A DNA stretch of 62,915 nt, the filler included, from Platydemus manokwari (taxonomy: Eukaryota), in assembly GCA_037951405.1 (NCBI GenBank). It is 5 parts of 5 records of this genome, joined end to end, with 100 filler letters (N's around TTAATTAATTAA, not from the genome) between each part and the next. Parts side by side here need not be neighbours in the genome. Positions count along the whole stretch, not along the records: positions 47,128 to 62,915 come from JBBMOY011239208.1; 4 more parts are not named here. One strand, given 5' to 3'. A program made the position numbers and the translations under genes. Numbering within the stretch: the first letter of the stretch is position 1; every line of letters begins with the position of its first letter. Below are positions 51,901-62,915 of this stretch, one piece after another. The notes below the pieces were generated by a model, which saw only the letters and a program-made list of their open reading frames with translations, had not been told where the DNA came from and searched no databases.

Positions 51901-54852
51901 TCCATACCAGTTTTATTTTCTAATAAACTCAGGGCATTCTAGATTTGAGTGAAGATACAGTGTCAACAGTCTGTTGTGTTTTCATTTTCAGTATTTCTGA
52001 AACTGTTTAAACCTAAACATATAAATTCAAAGATTTTAATAATGAGCTTAAATGATTCCCAAATCAAAAAACCAAAATCTGGCGGATTGACACATAAATG
52101 ATAATATGAAAATACTTGTTATGGATTCTGTCAAAGATATTGATGAAAATGAGTAACGTGTTACGGATACTGTGAGTCTGTTAATGAGTGGCTCCTTTTT
52201 TGTGTCGCATATTCAACGTAGCGCTGTCAGTTATTCCCAATCCGTGATAAGTTAATATGTTTGTGATAAAGTGGGTGAATGTATCATTAAATATGATGAA
52301 TCAAGTGCAGTCAGAACCTTTGGATTCAAGGCAGAATAAAGCAAAAGTTTGCTTTCATCGTCTGAACTATCTTGAATTTTTTTTTATTAAAGAGATTCTA
52401 TATATGCTAGTTGTTTTATCAGTCCTTCTTTTCACCTTGGATACATTTCAATATTACTTGGTAACATCACTGGTTATTTAACATTGTAGTGACATAATGT
52501 GACATCATGGAATCATTTTGTATTCAGTAGAATTAGTTCATCACCAATAATGTATTGTTTTCTCGAAAGCAATAAATGGAGAAATATTTTAAATATTGCT
52601 TGCTCTTTATCGTCATTGTTTCTGTTAGCAGGTTTTATGATTTTTGCTTCCACATAATGCTTTATTTTTAAAAAAACAATTTCAAATAATTATTTTGGAC
52701 ATTTCGGTTTTATGCCTTCTTCTGAAAGTTATCGGAGCTGGTGCAATGATATTGAAATCAACAATAAACACTTTGGGAACCACTGGTTTCAAAATATGCA
52801 ATTCGACAAAATAATCAGTTTCTTGTAGGGAGATTCAACAGTTATCTATCCTTTATGATATTGATTAACAGAATTTTATCAGAAAAGTTGTGGAGAAGTG
52901 CGAACGAATGTGATTGGTTGATAGCATTAAGCTATCGAATATTTTAAGAGCTCAATCGACAATTAAAGTAACTTGGTTTTCTGAAAATATTGATATTTGT
53001 ATCTCTGATAAGTGTTTTAATCAAGTCATGTTTTATCCAATCCACACTGCTTACAAAAATGCTTTTTGTAATTCAAAATTAAATTCGTGGCGCTACTATA
53101 TAATTTCTTATTGTCCGCAAATTTCCAAATTTATTCTGTAAAACTCGAGCTATGATTAGATAGGAAGAGTGCACCCTAAAAATTCATTGCAGACAAATCA
53201 TTGATAAAATTATACTGAAAATATTGTTGTATTCGATGGTGTTTTGAATAGTTTTTTTCAAATTTTTGGTCACCATAGCATTTTTTACGATCCTGCACCA
53301 TTGATTGGCAATTGCACGATTTTAAGATAATCATAACACACATGCTGATCGGTTTCTTATCAAATTGACATTATATTTGCTTCAAGGCATTCCACAAGGC
53401 CAATGAGCAGCGAAAAGCTATCAGCAATGAGATCGCATCAGCAACTGAGAATATTAATGAACTCAAATATATGACAGATCCAGGATCAAGCTCTCCCCCT
53501 CGAAGTCCAAAGCAATCTGCTTCAGGTCAACAACCAACAGTCCAGTAAGATCGATCAATCAATTTGCTATAATTTCATCAATTATTAATACAGACGTGTG
53601 CAGAAACAATCTGTTGTCAATCCTTTGGTAGCAGCCAGGTATTTACAGTGTGTTATAATTCTATTGTTGATCTCTTTCAGAGTGCCGAAATTATCAACTG
53701 CAGTGCCTTATAGGTAATAATTGCTGCTTATTTATCGCTTTTATTTCAATATTTGTTAATGAACAATCTCAAACAAATATTCTTTGCTCGCTAAATTTTA
53801 TACAGATATAGAACATGATCTCCATCTCTTACTGAAAAGGTTGTTCAAATAACAAAATGGAAGGGACCAATTAATCTCCAAAATATAACTGTGATCAATA
53901 GAAAATTATTTTTATTTTTAACGATACTGAATGGATTTTTTTAATTAATTTTTTCGAGAGAAATGCTGCCCAATGCAGCATATAATATAAGAAATATTTT
54001 CCAAAAATTTTCAAAATTAGGATTGCTTGCAGATATAGATTCTGATGGATTATTATTTCTGACAAGCCACTACTATACAGAGGAGTGATTCCCAAATTGG
54101 GCACTACCGCCTCTTGGTGGGCGCAGCAAGGATCCAGAGGGTCGGTGATGAATACAAGCTCATTTGGGGGCGATATAAGAAAATGGTTATTAAAAATTTT
54201 GATGTATCTCACTTGCTCAAAACGCTTAATTTGTCTTTAAACAATGTACTGTATGTCCTCACAAATTGTTATTGAAGTATGTATAATCGCGCTCACAATG
54301 CTACTGCTTGTGCGCTTTGTCGCTTGCAACGCCGAAGTCTGGTAGTAGAGCAGTAGTATATCTGGGATTCCCCGTAATGATTAACTGAAATAAAACTAAA
54401 AGAAAGGTTAGGTTGTTGCGATATTACGAGAAGTTAAAATTAAGTAACAAAAGATAGTAATATTAAGATTTTTTTATAAATTGCTACTAAAAATTTTTTT
54501 AAAAAAATTGGTGGGTTAGTTTGAAGGCGCTAAGTAATATTTATTCTGAAAAGGGGTGGTACAACCGAAATGTTTGGGAATCACTGATATAGAGCATTAT
54601 GCATTAAATTAAAAGGAATTTTTAGTCGAATTCCCAATTTATTATGCAATAATGATAATATTATCTAATATAGTTTATCTGGTGACAATCATGACCTATA
54701 TCATGATTATTACATAATTGCGTTGTATAATCAATATTTGAAAACATAATATAAATTATTTCAGAACTATTGCTCCTGATCAACGAATCATAGATCCAAA
54801 AATGGGGCCAATCAAGAAGGAATATGTTGCAAGAAATCTACCTCCAATCTAA
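48995..54852 (+). CDS. CCDC169: Coiled-coil domain-containing protein 169, 8 exons, 244 aa
   Basis: Exons 48995-49062, 49119-49201, 49257-49370, 50611-50756, 53387-53544, 53594-53638, 53681-53713, 54765-54852, all GT-AG and in phase. Motifs NEWKTRYDIQKETNDQISKQI, LIKTLQDEKNKL...WRIDQESKAFHKANEQRK and C-terminal QRIIDPKMGPIKK..RNLPPI* match recalled CCDC169 features. Confidence 0.87.
51690..51900 (-). mobile_element. Decayed LINE (RTE-like) endonuclease fragment in CCDC169 intron
   Basis: Minus strand GRFGFNE...NQEGERMNEL resembles the RTE APE motif GKFGLGERNEnGERL. Many stops. Confidence 0.3.
54083..54586. mobile_element. hAT (Charlie/MER5-like) MITE, ~504 bp, in last CCDC169 intron
   Basis: TIRs (G)AGTGATTCCCAAA / TTTGGGAATCACTG. 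8-bp TSD ATACAGAG / ATATAGAG. Confidence 0.85.
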
Positions 54853-55070
54853 TTGATCATTTGAGAAATATTATTCCATTTATTATGAACAAATTTTAAT
54901 AATTAATTAATCGATATAATTGTGTACAATAAAAATAATCAATAATAATAGATATTGATTGATAATAGATAATGATGCCATCAATACACATATATATATA
55001 TATTTCGAGCACCAATATCTGTGTGATATGAGCAGCTCTGATCGATAATCATTTCATTGATTTCATTCCG

Positions 55071-58000
55071 TTAAATCTGCTGTTGAAACACATCAATGTG
55101 ACCTGCTATCAACAATCTGTGTATCAATGATTCCACATATTTCTGTAAACTTCTCACAGCCTCTCTTTCCACTGTCAATGCTTGTTTGAGCTGAAATAAA
55201 ATCGATATTACATTTGATTACATTGTCCCATCAAATATAGATCATTATCACACCTCTTCAATATTTAATTGTTCCATTTCGGCAGCCACACTCAAACAAT
55301 TCGATGCTTCAAGCTTCTCTCTTTGATAATAAATCACCGTTTCTAGATGAGCAATTCGTTCAACTAGATTCCGATTTTCCATTGTCAATGAATGGACCAA
55401 TCGATTCGTATCAGATTCAATCGAACTACTTCGAGCTCGACTTACTTGGTTCTCCTTTCTCGTATTGTATTCACTAGATCGGTTATTTTTAATAGTCTTG
55501 GTTGGAGATTTATATTCTGATACAGATCGAGTTCGTAGAGTAACACCAGATTCAGTGACTGTTGGTAATTGTTGAGATGTATTTGATGATGAAAGATGTT
55601 TGATGGTTTGTATTTCATTATGGAGTTGCATATTCATCTGAATGCAAGATATTTTATCGGTAATCATGTGAGCCTTCAATAAGATATGTCAACAATATAA
55701 TAACAGATTAGTTTATCACCAACAGTTCATTGGTCAAGTGTGTTCTCGAGTTGAGATATCAAATTAATATTCGATCGACACGATTTGAAATACAAAACCT
55801 TTTCACAAATCAGTTCGAATAATTAATCTTCATGTAATGAATTGCGGATTAAAAATGGTGACATCATTTACACTTGTTTGAAAAGGTTGTCACAATAATA
55901 ATGAAATCACCTTTCCAAATGGAGATGAAAGGGCACAGTGAGGATTTGAAAATATAAATTTAAAGAGGCTAAAGTTAAAAAATAGGTCCTAAAATGAAAT
56001 TTTAAATTTGTTGAGTGTATTTCAAAATTCTATATAGTTTATTTAATCATTTTTCTTTAAAAACATTTTGAATTTCTTATTTAATAAGAATTTTAGTTGT
56101 TTGAGATCAGATATTAAATGCATTAAAGCTTAAAAATCTCCTAAAATTTGATTATTTGAAAAAATGAAAAAGTAGGTCGAATTTCAATTTATTGAAAATT
56201 AGCGAGAACCCCTTTTTTAACATTATAAGTAAATTGAGTGATATTCTCAATGTTTACAATTATTTTATATAAATAACCAATGATATTATTAAACATGTCT
56301 GTAATTAACTAACTCGATTTATAATTATAAAAATGTAAATTTAAAGACTCAAATAATCATATGTGTTGTGATTAGAATGGGAACTTGGTTTTAAAACTAT
56401 ATTTTGTCACTGTTAGACATCTTATAAAAATTATACGAATAAATCAAACAATACAGTTATATATAAAATTAAGTTATAAAATTATATCATGCGCGAAAAT
56501 TCATTATAACGAAAGTAGGCCAAAGGACTCTTTCTAAATTTAAGCCTCAAAAGATATTGATTTGAGTTCATTATAAAATAGAGGCACTCAGGAACCAAAT
56601 AATAATATCGTTATTTTGATATGATAAAATAATTATAAGATAAGGAACAAGACATAATTACCATTTATATGCCGTAATATATTATGAAATATAAAATAAT
56701 ATAAATAAAATATTTTATAGTTGTCAATGTTGCTAGATTTTGAAAAACAAAACAAGACATATCTCATGATATGAAACGTGTTTTCATTGTGTTTATATTT
56801 AATTGGTTATCGAATGAAATTGCTGTTAAATGGGATACAATCGAATTGCTAAATGCTTTCAGGAATAATTGAGTCATTCATTCCATTTTTGAAATGAGTC
56901 CAAGACAGAGGTTAAACTGGATTCTGACAAATATTGATATTTCCTGTGTATCATTTATCAAATATAATACAGTACTGAATATGGTTATCATCAGAACCTT
57001 ATATATCAATAATAAATCTTTAAAAATATATATTTTTAATTTTATTCACATTGACCAATCGATTGTACATGATAAGCAAAAGTATCGATTTTCGGATTTC
57101 AAGACTATTAATTTATAAATAATTATGATAATATATTATTTCAGACTTCATCTGGGAGTTATTGGATTGAAGATTTCGTCTGTTATTGATGAGCAAAACA
57201 AGAATTTATTAAATTGATATTGTTTATCACAGAAATAATTATTATTATCAATATCATGAAAATGTTATCATTTATCAATATTATTATTATTAATATTATT
57301 ATTATTATTATTAAATTGGAAACAATTAATTAATAAATATAAATAAATAATCAATAAAACCTTACTAGCTCTAATTGATCCCTCTCTGTCTGCAATTCTA
57401 TAACTTGTTGATTAGATACCTTCTTATAATCGATCATCATCTTTTCACTATCTTGAATTTTAGCGCGCAACATTTGTACATCTCTATTCAGATTTTCATT
57501 GTCCTACACATGAAAGAATATCATTATCTTTTACAATTCACCAATAAATCCAATTATCGAAATTCATTTCTTACATGATTTAACTGTTGACAGCACAAGA
57601 CAAGATTGTTATTATCTCGAGTGATTGTGGAGAGCTGTTTTTCAATGTCTGCATATCTGAATATATAAATCTATAATCGAATATTTATTCCGTGATTATC
57701 TCGCTCAATGATGCGAATAATGAAACCAATATCAATATTTAATGTTCATATTTATATCAATATATCCATAATATCCACAAATTAATCAATATATAATGGA
57801 GAATATTATTATTAATATAAATCTGAAATCCATATGATAACCTTGAATTATTCAATACATATTAATGTGAGATAATAACACAAATAATATGAAATATATT
57901 TCCAGAATTGATCTGATCACATATATTGATAACATTTGGATATTTCCTTAATAATATGACACAACACCAATTATCAACATGAATGATAGTGAGATAAATA

Positions 58001-61000
58001 CCTTGTTGAATATAATATTATGATTATATTTTCTATTCTTTTATAAAAAACAAGATATGCCAAATAAATCGCATCGATAATTATGATGTGGGTGACAACA
58101 TGTAGAATCGCATATTTCATTGCTGTCAAGAAATCCATAAGAATCAAATAAAAAAAATCAAGATCAGAATAGAGCTCACAATGTGATATGATGTTGTTCT
58201 CATTGAAATTGAACAAATGTTAAACAAGATTTGTAGAGAAATATTTCAAGAATCTGATGAGAAAATAATCCACAAAAATCAGTTTTAGAAACGATTAAGA
58301 AATCCCAACCATAATCATAAACAATTTTTAATTTTAAAGATATAAAATTAAAAATATTCTCGAGAACATTCTCAAATTGACATAACATAAAAATATGAGT
58401 TCATGTGGGTGAGTTTTATCTGTAATATTTCTAATTAATATTCAACATTTCGATGCATTTTTCACAAATATTATCGAAAATTCACAAAATCTAACTTTAA
58501 TAGTGACTTCAAAATGTTTATTGGTCACCAACTAATAAAAACTATCACAACAAATATATAATTAATGATCATATTCAATACTAATGACAAAACCTAGAAT
58601 CAATAATACCGAGCATGATATTAGGAAGAATGGTTGCGATCTTCCAATCCAGTTATAACTCGAGATGTACAGGATTGGAAATAAAAATAAGGTAACCAGA
58701 CCAAAAATGAACAAAAAGATATTTGAGAATTAAAATCGATTCATTAGATAATTTCTATCACTTGGTTCCATTTTCAGAATTAAACCATAATATACAATAT
58801 TTATGTCGAAAACAATGATTGTGTAAATGTTGGTCAAAACAATTGCAATTTTCGGCAACACAAATGTCGACACAGGCCATGTTAACATCATACGATTATC
58901 AAATCTCACGATGTGCACACTTGTTTTTTAAAAATAATTATTATTAATACAGTCGAGTTCGGTCGATAATATCTAGCTTATTATCAATGCGCGCCTTATA
59001 TCAATCATCATTGAAATCAATTCGTTACTCTTTTATTTTGTTTTAAATCACTAAAAATCTAAAAATTATTGTTGAAAATGTTGATATTATTTTAACAAAT
59101 GTGATTAAATTTGATTGGATGATATTAATGTTGTTTACAAATCATCTAATCACAATTTACAAGATACAACTAAAGCCATATTGGCAGTTCTAATTCACGT
59201 AAATGACTTTTAATATCACTCACACGACTGGCAACAAGATCACTCCTAGGTATTGGAAAATCTATGTGATCTAATTGCTTGTGTTTAAGCTTTATTATTC
59301 TAGACAATTGTAAATTAAATCGATGAATATGAATAATTTTCATTGAACAAATGAGGTGATATTAACCGAGTTCAATTGCTTTGTATAAACTTGGTGATCA
59401 CAATGGCATTCATTAGATATTCAATTGAAAATGATTGGGTAGTAAATGACAAGATAGTAAATAATTATTTATTATTCATTATCACTAAAACATTTGATCC
59501 GTTCGGGATGACAAACAAAAATGGCTGAGCGAAATTTTTAAAGGCTCCACAACGATATCATGATCAAACACATTTTGAAATCATGAATGATTTAGATCAA
59601 ATAAATAATGCAAATATATTATTATTATTATTATTGTAACAATTCAAACAATCGATACAAATATCAAGAGATAATCATGTCAATATCAATGGCACACTCC
59701 ATCACAGAACATTCTCAAATATTCACATGATTCGCTTTATATTTTTATGAACACCATAAAATATATTGATTTATTGATAAAGATCTCTATAATGTGGCAC
59801 TATTCAAATATATGACGTACGTTATGGTATATCGACAAATGTATCACTGTATCGATTGAATCGATAATTATATTATATGGTATTGATTGATTCGATAATT
59901 ATATTATATTATATCGATTGATTCAATAACAATATTATATGGTATTGATTGATTCGATAATTATATATGATATCGATTGATATATTGATATTCGATAAAG
60001 GTATTGCCAAGATATCGATATCACAATATCTTAGCAATACCCTAAAATTAAAACAAAACCACGATATTAAATGAAATAATTTAACCTGTTTTTCAATTCT
60101 TCTGCTGCTACATCGGCCGATTCCTGTACCGATACCTACACAATACCAATACAATATCGATCATTGAATAAATAATCACTACAAACGACTTCTTACCAAT
60201 TTATTTCTCCAATCTTCATTCATTTTCTTCAAATCGGCCTTGTATTTCATTTCAGAATCGTGAGCTGAGCTCTCCAACAGATAAATTCTTCCATTAGCAG
60301 CCTTATTGAGATCCTTCTCGGCCTGATATCGTCGCTCTTCTTCTCTTAATCTGCTCGTCAAATCTGCTATTTCTTCTTCCATTCTAGATTGTTTGACAAA
60401 CATTGTTTCAATCTCATTCTGATATCGAGCAGTATCAGTATCGGCAGTATCAATATTATTAATGGTTTCTGCCGAGAAAGAATTGTTTATCACCTTCTCA
60501 TAGGCTTCCCTGCTACTATTCAATAAGTCTCTCGCATGCCTGTTGGCACTATTGGGTGACATTAACAACGATTCAGAATTCGATGATGGGCTACTTTTAG
60601 ATATTCTCGCTGACTTGAGATTATCCGTGACATTATATTTATATGGAAGATCATCAATATCAGAAGATCCACTTGAACGAGAACCGTCATCACTATTTGT
60701 TATACAGTAAATGCATCTTTAACAAGTTACTGCATATCATTTACTTGTCATTATCAACAAGATCCATATTGTATTCCTCTGGAAATACATCGACAAAAGG
60801 ATCTAATTAAAGAAGCTTATTTGAATGAAAACTCTAACTTAGCCTTTGTACTTCCAAATAAATCTTTTTAAATTCATTTAAACCAATTTTCTTATATGGT
60901 TTCACGAGTTCTTTGATTTTAATGATATTCTAATGTCACATTTTAGCAGATGATCAATCAAATGCAAAACAAACTTTCTCATCGATTTCATCAGAGCTCG

Positions 61001-61106
61001 ACCAAAATTGAAATAGTTTTCCAAGAAAATCATTTTTATTTATAAAACCTTGGTTTTGAGAGTCGAGAGCAGAAAATATTTGCAAAACATCGTTTTGCAA
61101 AGACAT
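55071..61106 (-). CDS. RAB11FIP4: Rab11 family-interacting protein 3/4 (nuclear fallout-like): EF-hand, coiled coil, C-terminal FIP-RBD
   Basis: Exons (minus) 61106-60975, 60929-~60839, ~60802(or 60778)-60745, 60692-60197, 60123-60086, 57656-57575, 57503-57366, 55673-55254, 55190-55071. N-terminal EF-hand IFSALDSQNQGFIIKNDFL, long coiled coil, and C-terminus SVAAEMEQLNIEELKQALTVEREAVRSLQKYVESLIHRLL matching the FIP3/4 RBD pattern SLAAE....DEL..AL..QE..N.RL..Y.D.II..I. Confidence 0.82.
55965..56548. mobile_element. MITE (~580 bp), copy 2, in Rab11-FIP intron
   Basis: GAGGCTAAAGTTAAAAAATAGGTCC ... GGACTCTTTCTAAATTTAAGCCTC. Collinear with 43360-43941. Confidence 0.85.
58950..59378. mobile_element. 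Tc1/pogo(Tigger)-type MITE, degenerate
   Basis: TA|CAGTCGAGTTCGGTCGAT ... ATTAACCGAGTTCAATTG imperfect TIRs, related to 19145-19473. Confidence 0.45.
59850..59985. repeat. Minisatellite, ~31-bp unit, about 4 copies
   Basis: Recurrent ATYGATTGATTCGATAATTATATTATATGGT-like units in a Rab11-FIP intron. Confidence 0.8.
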
Positions 61107-62915
61107 AATTAATTAAATGGTTCCAATGAAATATATGAATAAGTTATTAATTATAACAAATCTTTTTGTTATTTTTATATTAATGTTTTTTATTCATTTT
61201 TTTAAAATTCGTTTTTAATTATCCCAATGAAGCACCTTGATTTTATGGCGAAATATTTGAATTCAATTAAAATGCTTTAAATAGCATAGTTAAGATTAGG
61301 TTAATAAGCCGAAAAAGTAATTACGCACCATTAGATCAACGAGATTGCTAATGTAATAAATTCAAATATCGATGGATTGACATTTCATAAGAATATGTTT
61401 TCTGTACTTGACATTTCTGTTACAATTAGCAAATTCAAGATCTATTAGAACATTGAAGTTTTTTTCAAAAATTCAAACAACTGTTGTGGTATTTACTATC
61501 TATTAGAATTTTAAAATAGACAATTCTAATTTAATTTTCTAACTTATTACTCATCATTTTTGGGATTGATATCATAATAATTTTGGACATTAAATCAAGA
61601 AATGTTTAAAAATAGAAATTATTAGGATTGAAATAATGTAAGCAAATTAAAACGTTATTATGATTGTATTGAACTTAAATCTGGAGACATAACCTTTAAC
61701 TTAAAGACTTATTGTGATATTTGGTTTTCAATAAATAAATAAAGCTAATGCATATATGTTTGTGTTGTGTCCTATATAATTAAAATTCTAATGATACATG
61801 TCTATTATGTTTTTCACAATGAGCAATATTATTCTTCAAGATTATTCTTGTCCATGAATTTTAATAATATTTATTTGAATTATGAATTTAATAATTAAAA
61901 AATATGCAAATTTGCATTAGATGTTGGGTTGACCTCACCGATAATGTGGGTATCATACAAGAATTTTATTATTTTCAAATAAATATATATATTTAAAATA
62001 GATACTACAATCAGAACGGCTAATTCGATAATTGATATGTCAATGATAGATAATTCGGATATTTTTCATTTCATTTATCATTTTTTAAAATTTTCTTTTA
62101 TTGCCCACAATCGACTGAAAATACCTTTGACTGATCGAATTGAAATTGAAATGACTAGTCTTGAAATGATAACTGAAGCACTTCAAATTTAGGATTTATA
62201 AAGGCATTTACTTTGCTCGTATAAATTGTTATGATTACTATGGATTGGTTGAAAGAGTTGTTTTAATTTTGTATAGTTACGTGTCTAATTGGTGCATTAG
62301 GTTTTCGATATTCCAACTCTCTCAATCTGTTATGATTTTTTTTCCTCTTATCCAAACATTGAAGTTCAGTTTCTTTTCTTGATTAGGAATCATTCTTATG
62401 ATTGTCTTTTCATTATCTCTTTTAAGGAGCTACTCTTCATTCTTTAATCTCAATTTTGTAAAATGTATTGTGTTAATATCAATAAATATATCTTGATTCA
62501 GCTAAGTAGGAACCAGAATTAGAAAAGGAGTCAAATAAAAAATAGTTTGTTGAGTTTGATCATCATCAAACTTAACAAATTTCTCATTTACGTTTATTTT
62601 TTCAAATTTCTAAAATATATAGAATATATTGAGATTCTAATATTCACCAAACCCGACAAATAAACTTGTATGTGTTTCCTTTGTGTGTAAGAGTGTTTAA
62701 AAGTATCGTATAACTATTTGTGTCTTTCAATTCTGTGTGAAATTAATTGTGTCGTGCATCTTACTATTGCTAAATTCATATTAGGCTGAGTCAAAAGTTA
62801 TTCATGTTTTTTAGTTGTTTAAAGTTTTTGTTTTACCGAATCATTTAAACATAACATAGCTACGCAACATTTGGTACCATTTAAAAGCTCTTGAAAAGGT
62901 GAATCTATCTACCCT

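Noticed and set aside
52228-52785. hAT-like ends CAGTTATTCCCAA ... TTTGGGAACCACTG
   Set aside because: Left end degenerate and flanking 8-mers do not match, so it cannot be delimited as one element.
15071-61106. Apparent cluster of membrane-trafficking genes (Sly1, RalGAP, Rab11-FIP)
   Set aside because: They lie on different contigs joined artificially.

Overview
AT-rich eukaryotic (animal) genomic DNA. Many very short (43-60 nt) GT-AG introns, a RING-TRAF gene and the divergent protein sequences suggest a triclad flatworm/planarian; this is inference only. The window is not one locus. It is five contigs joined by an artificial 100-nt spacer (44 N + TTAATTAATTAA + 44 N) at 16275, 26923, 36507 and 47028, plus one ordinary N gap at 32353-32499. 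Spliced genes reconstructed by hand, largely missed by the ORF track: the 5' exons of SCFD1/Sly1 (+), the middle exons of a Ral-GAP alpha subunit (-), the 3' exons of an RI-like LRR protein (-), a complete TRAF with an atypical all-Cys RING (-), a complete CCDC169 with an upstream X-box (+), and a complete EF-hand/coiled-coil/RBD Rab11-FIP3/4 (-) convergent with CCDC169. Less explained elements: a small signal-peptide ORF with a dibasic site plus an orphan downstream exon that together could form a neuropeptide prohormone, an intronless 318-aa orphan with an N-acylation motif, and a decayed TIMP/NTR-like gene antisense in the RalGAP intron. Several MITEs and decayed retroelement fragments are also present. 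All homology calls come from recalled family motifs, not database searches.
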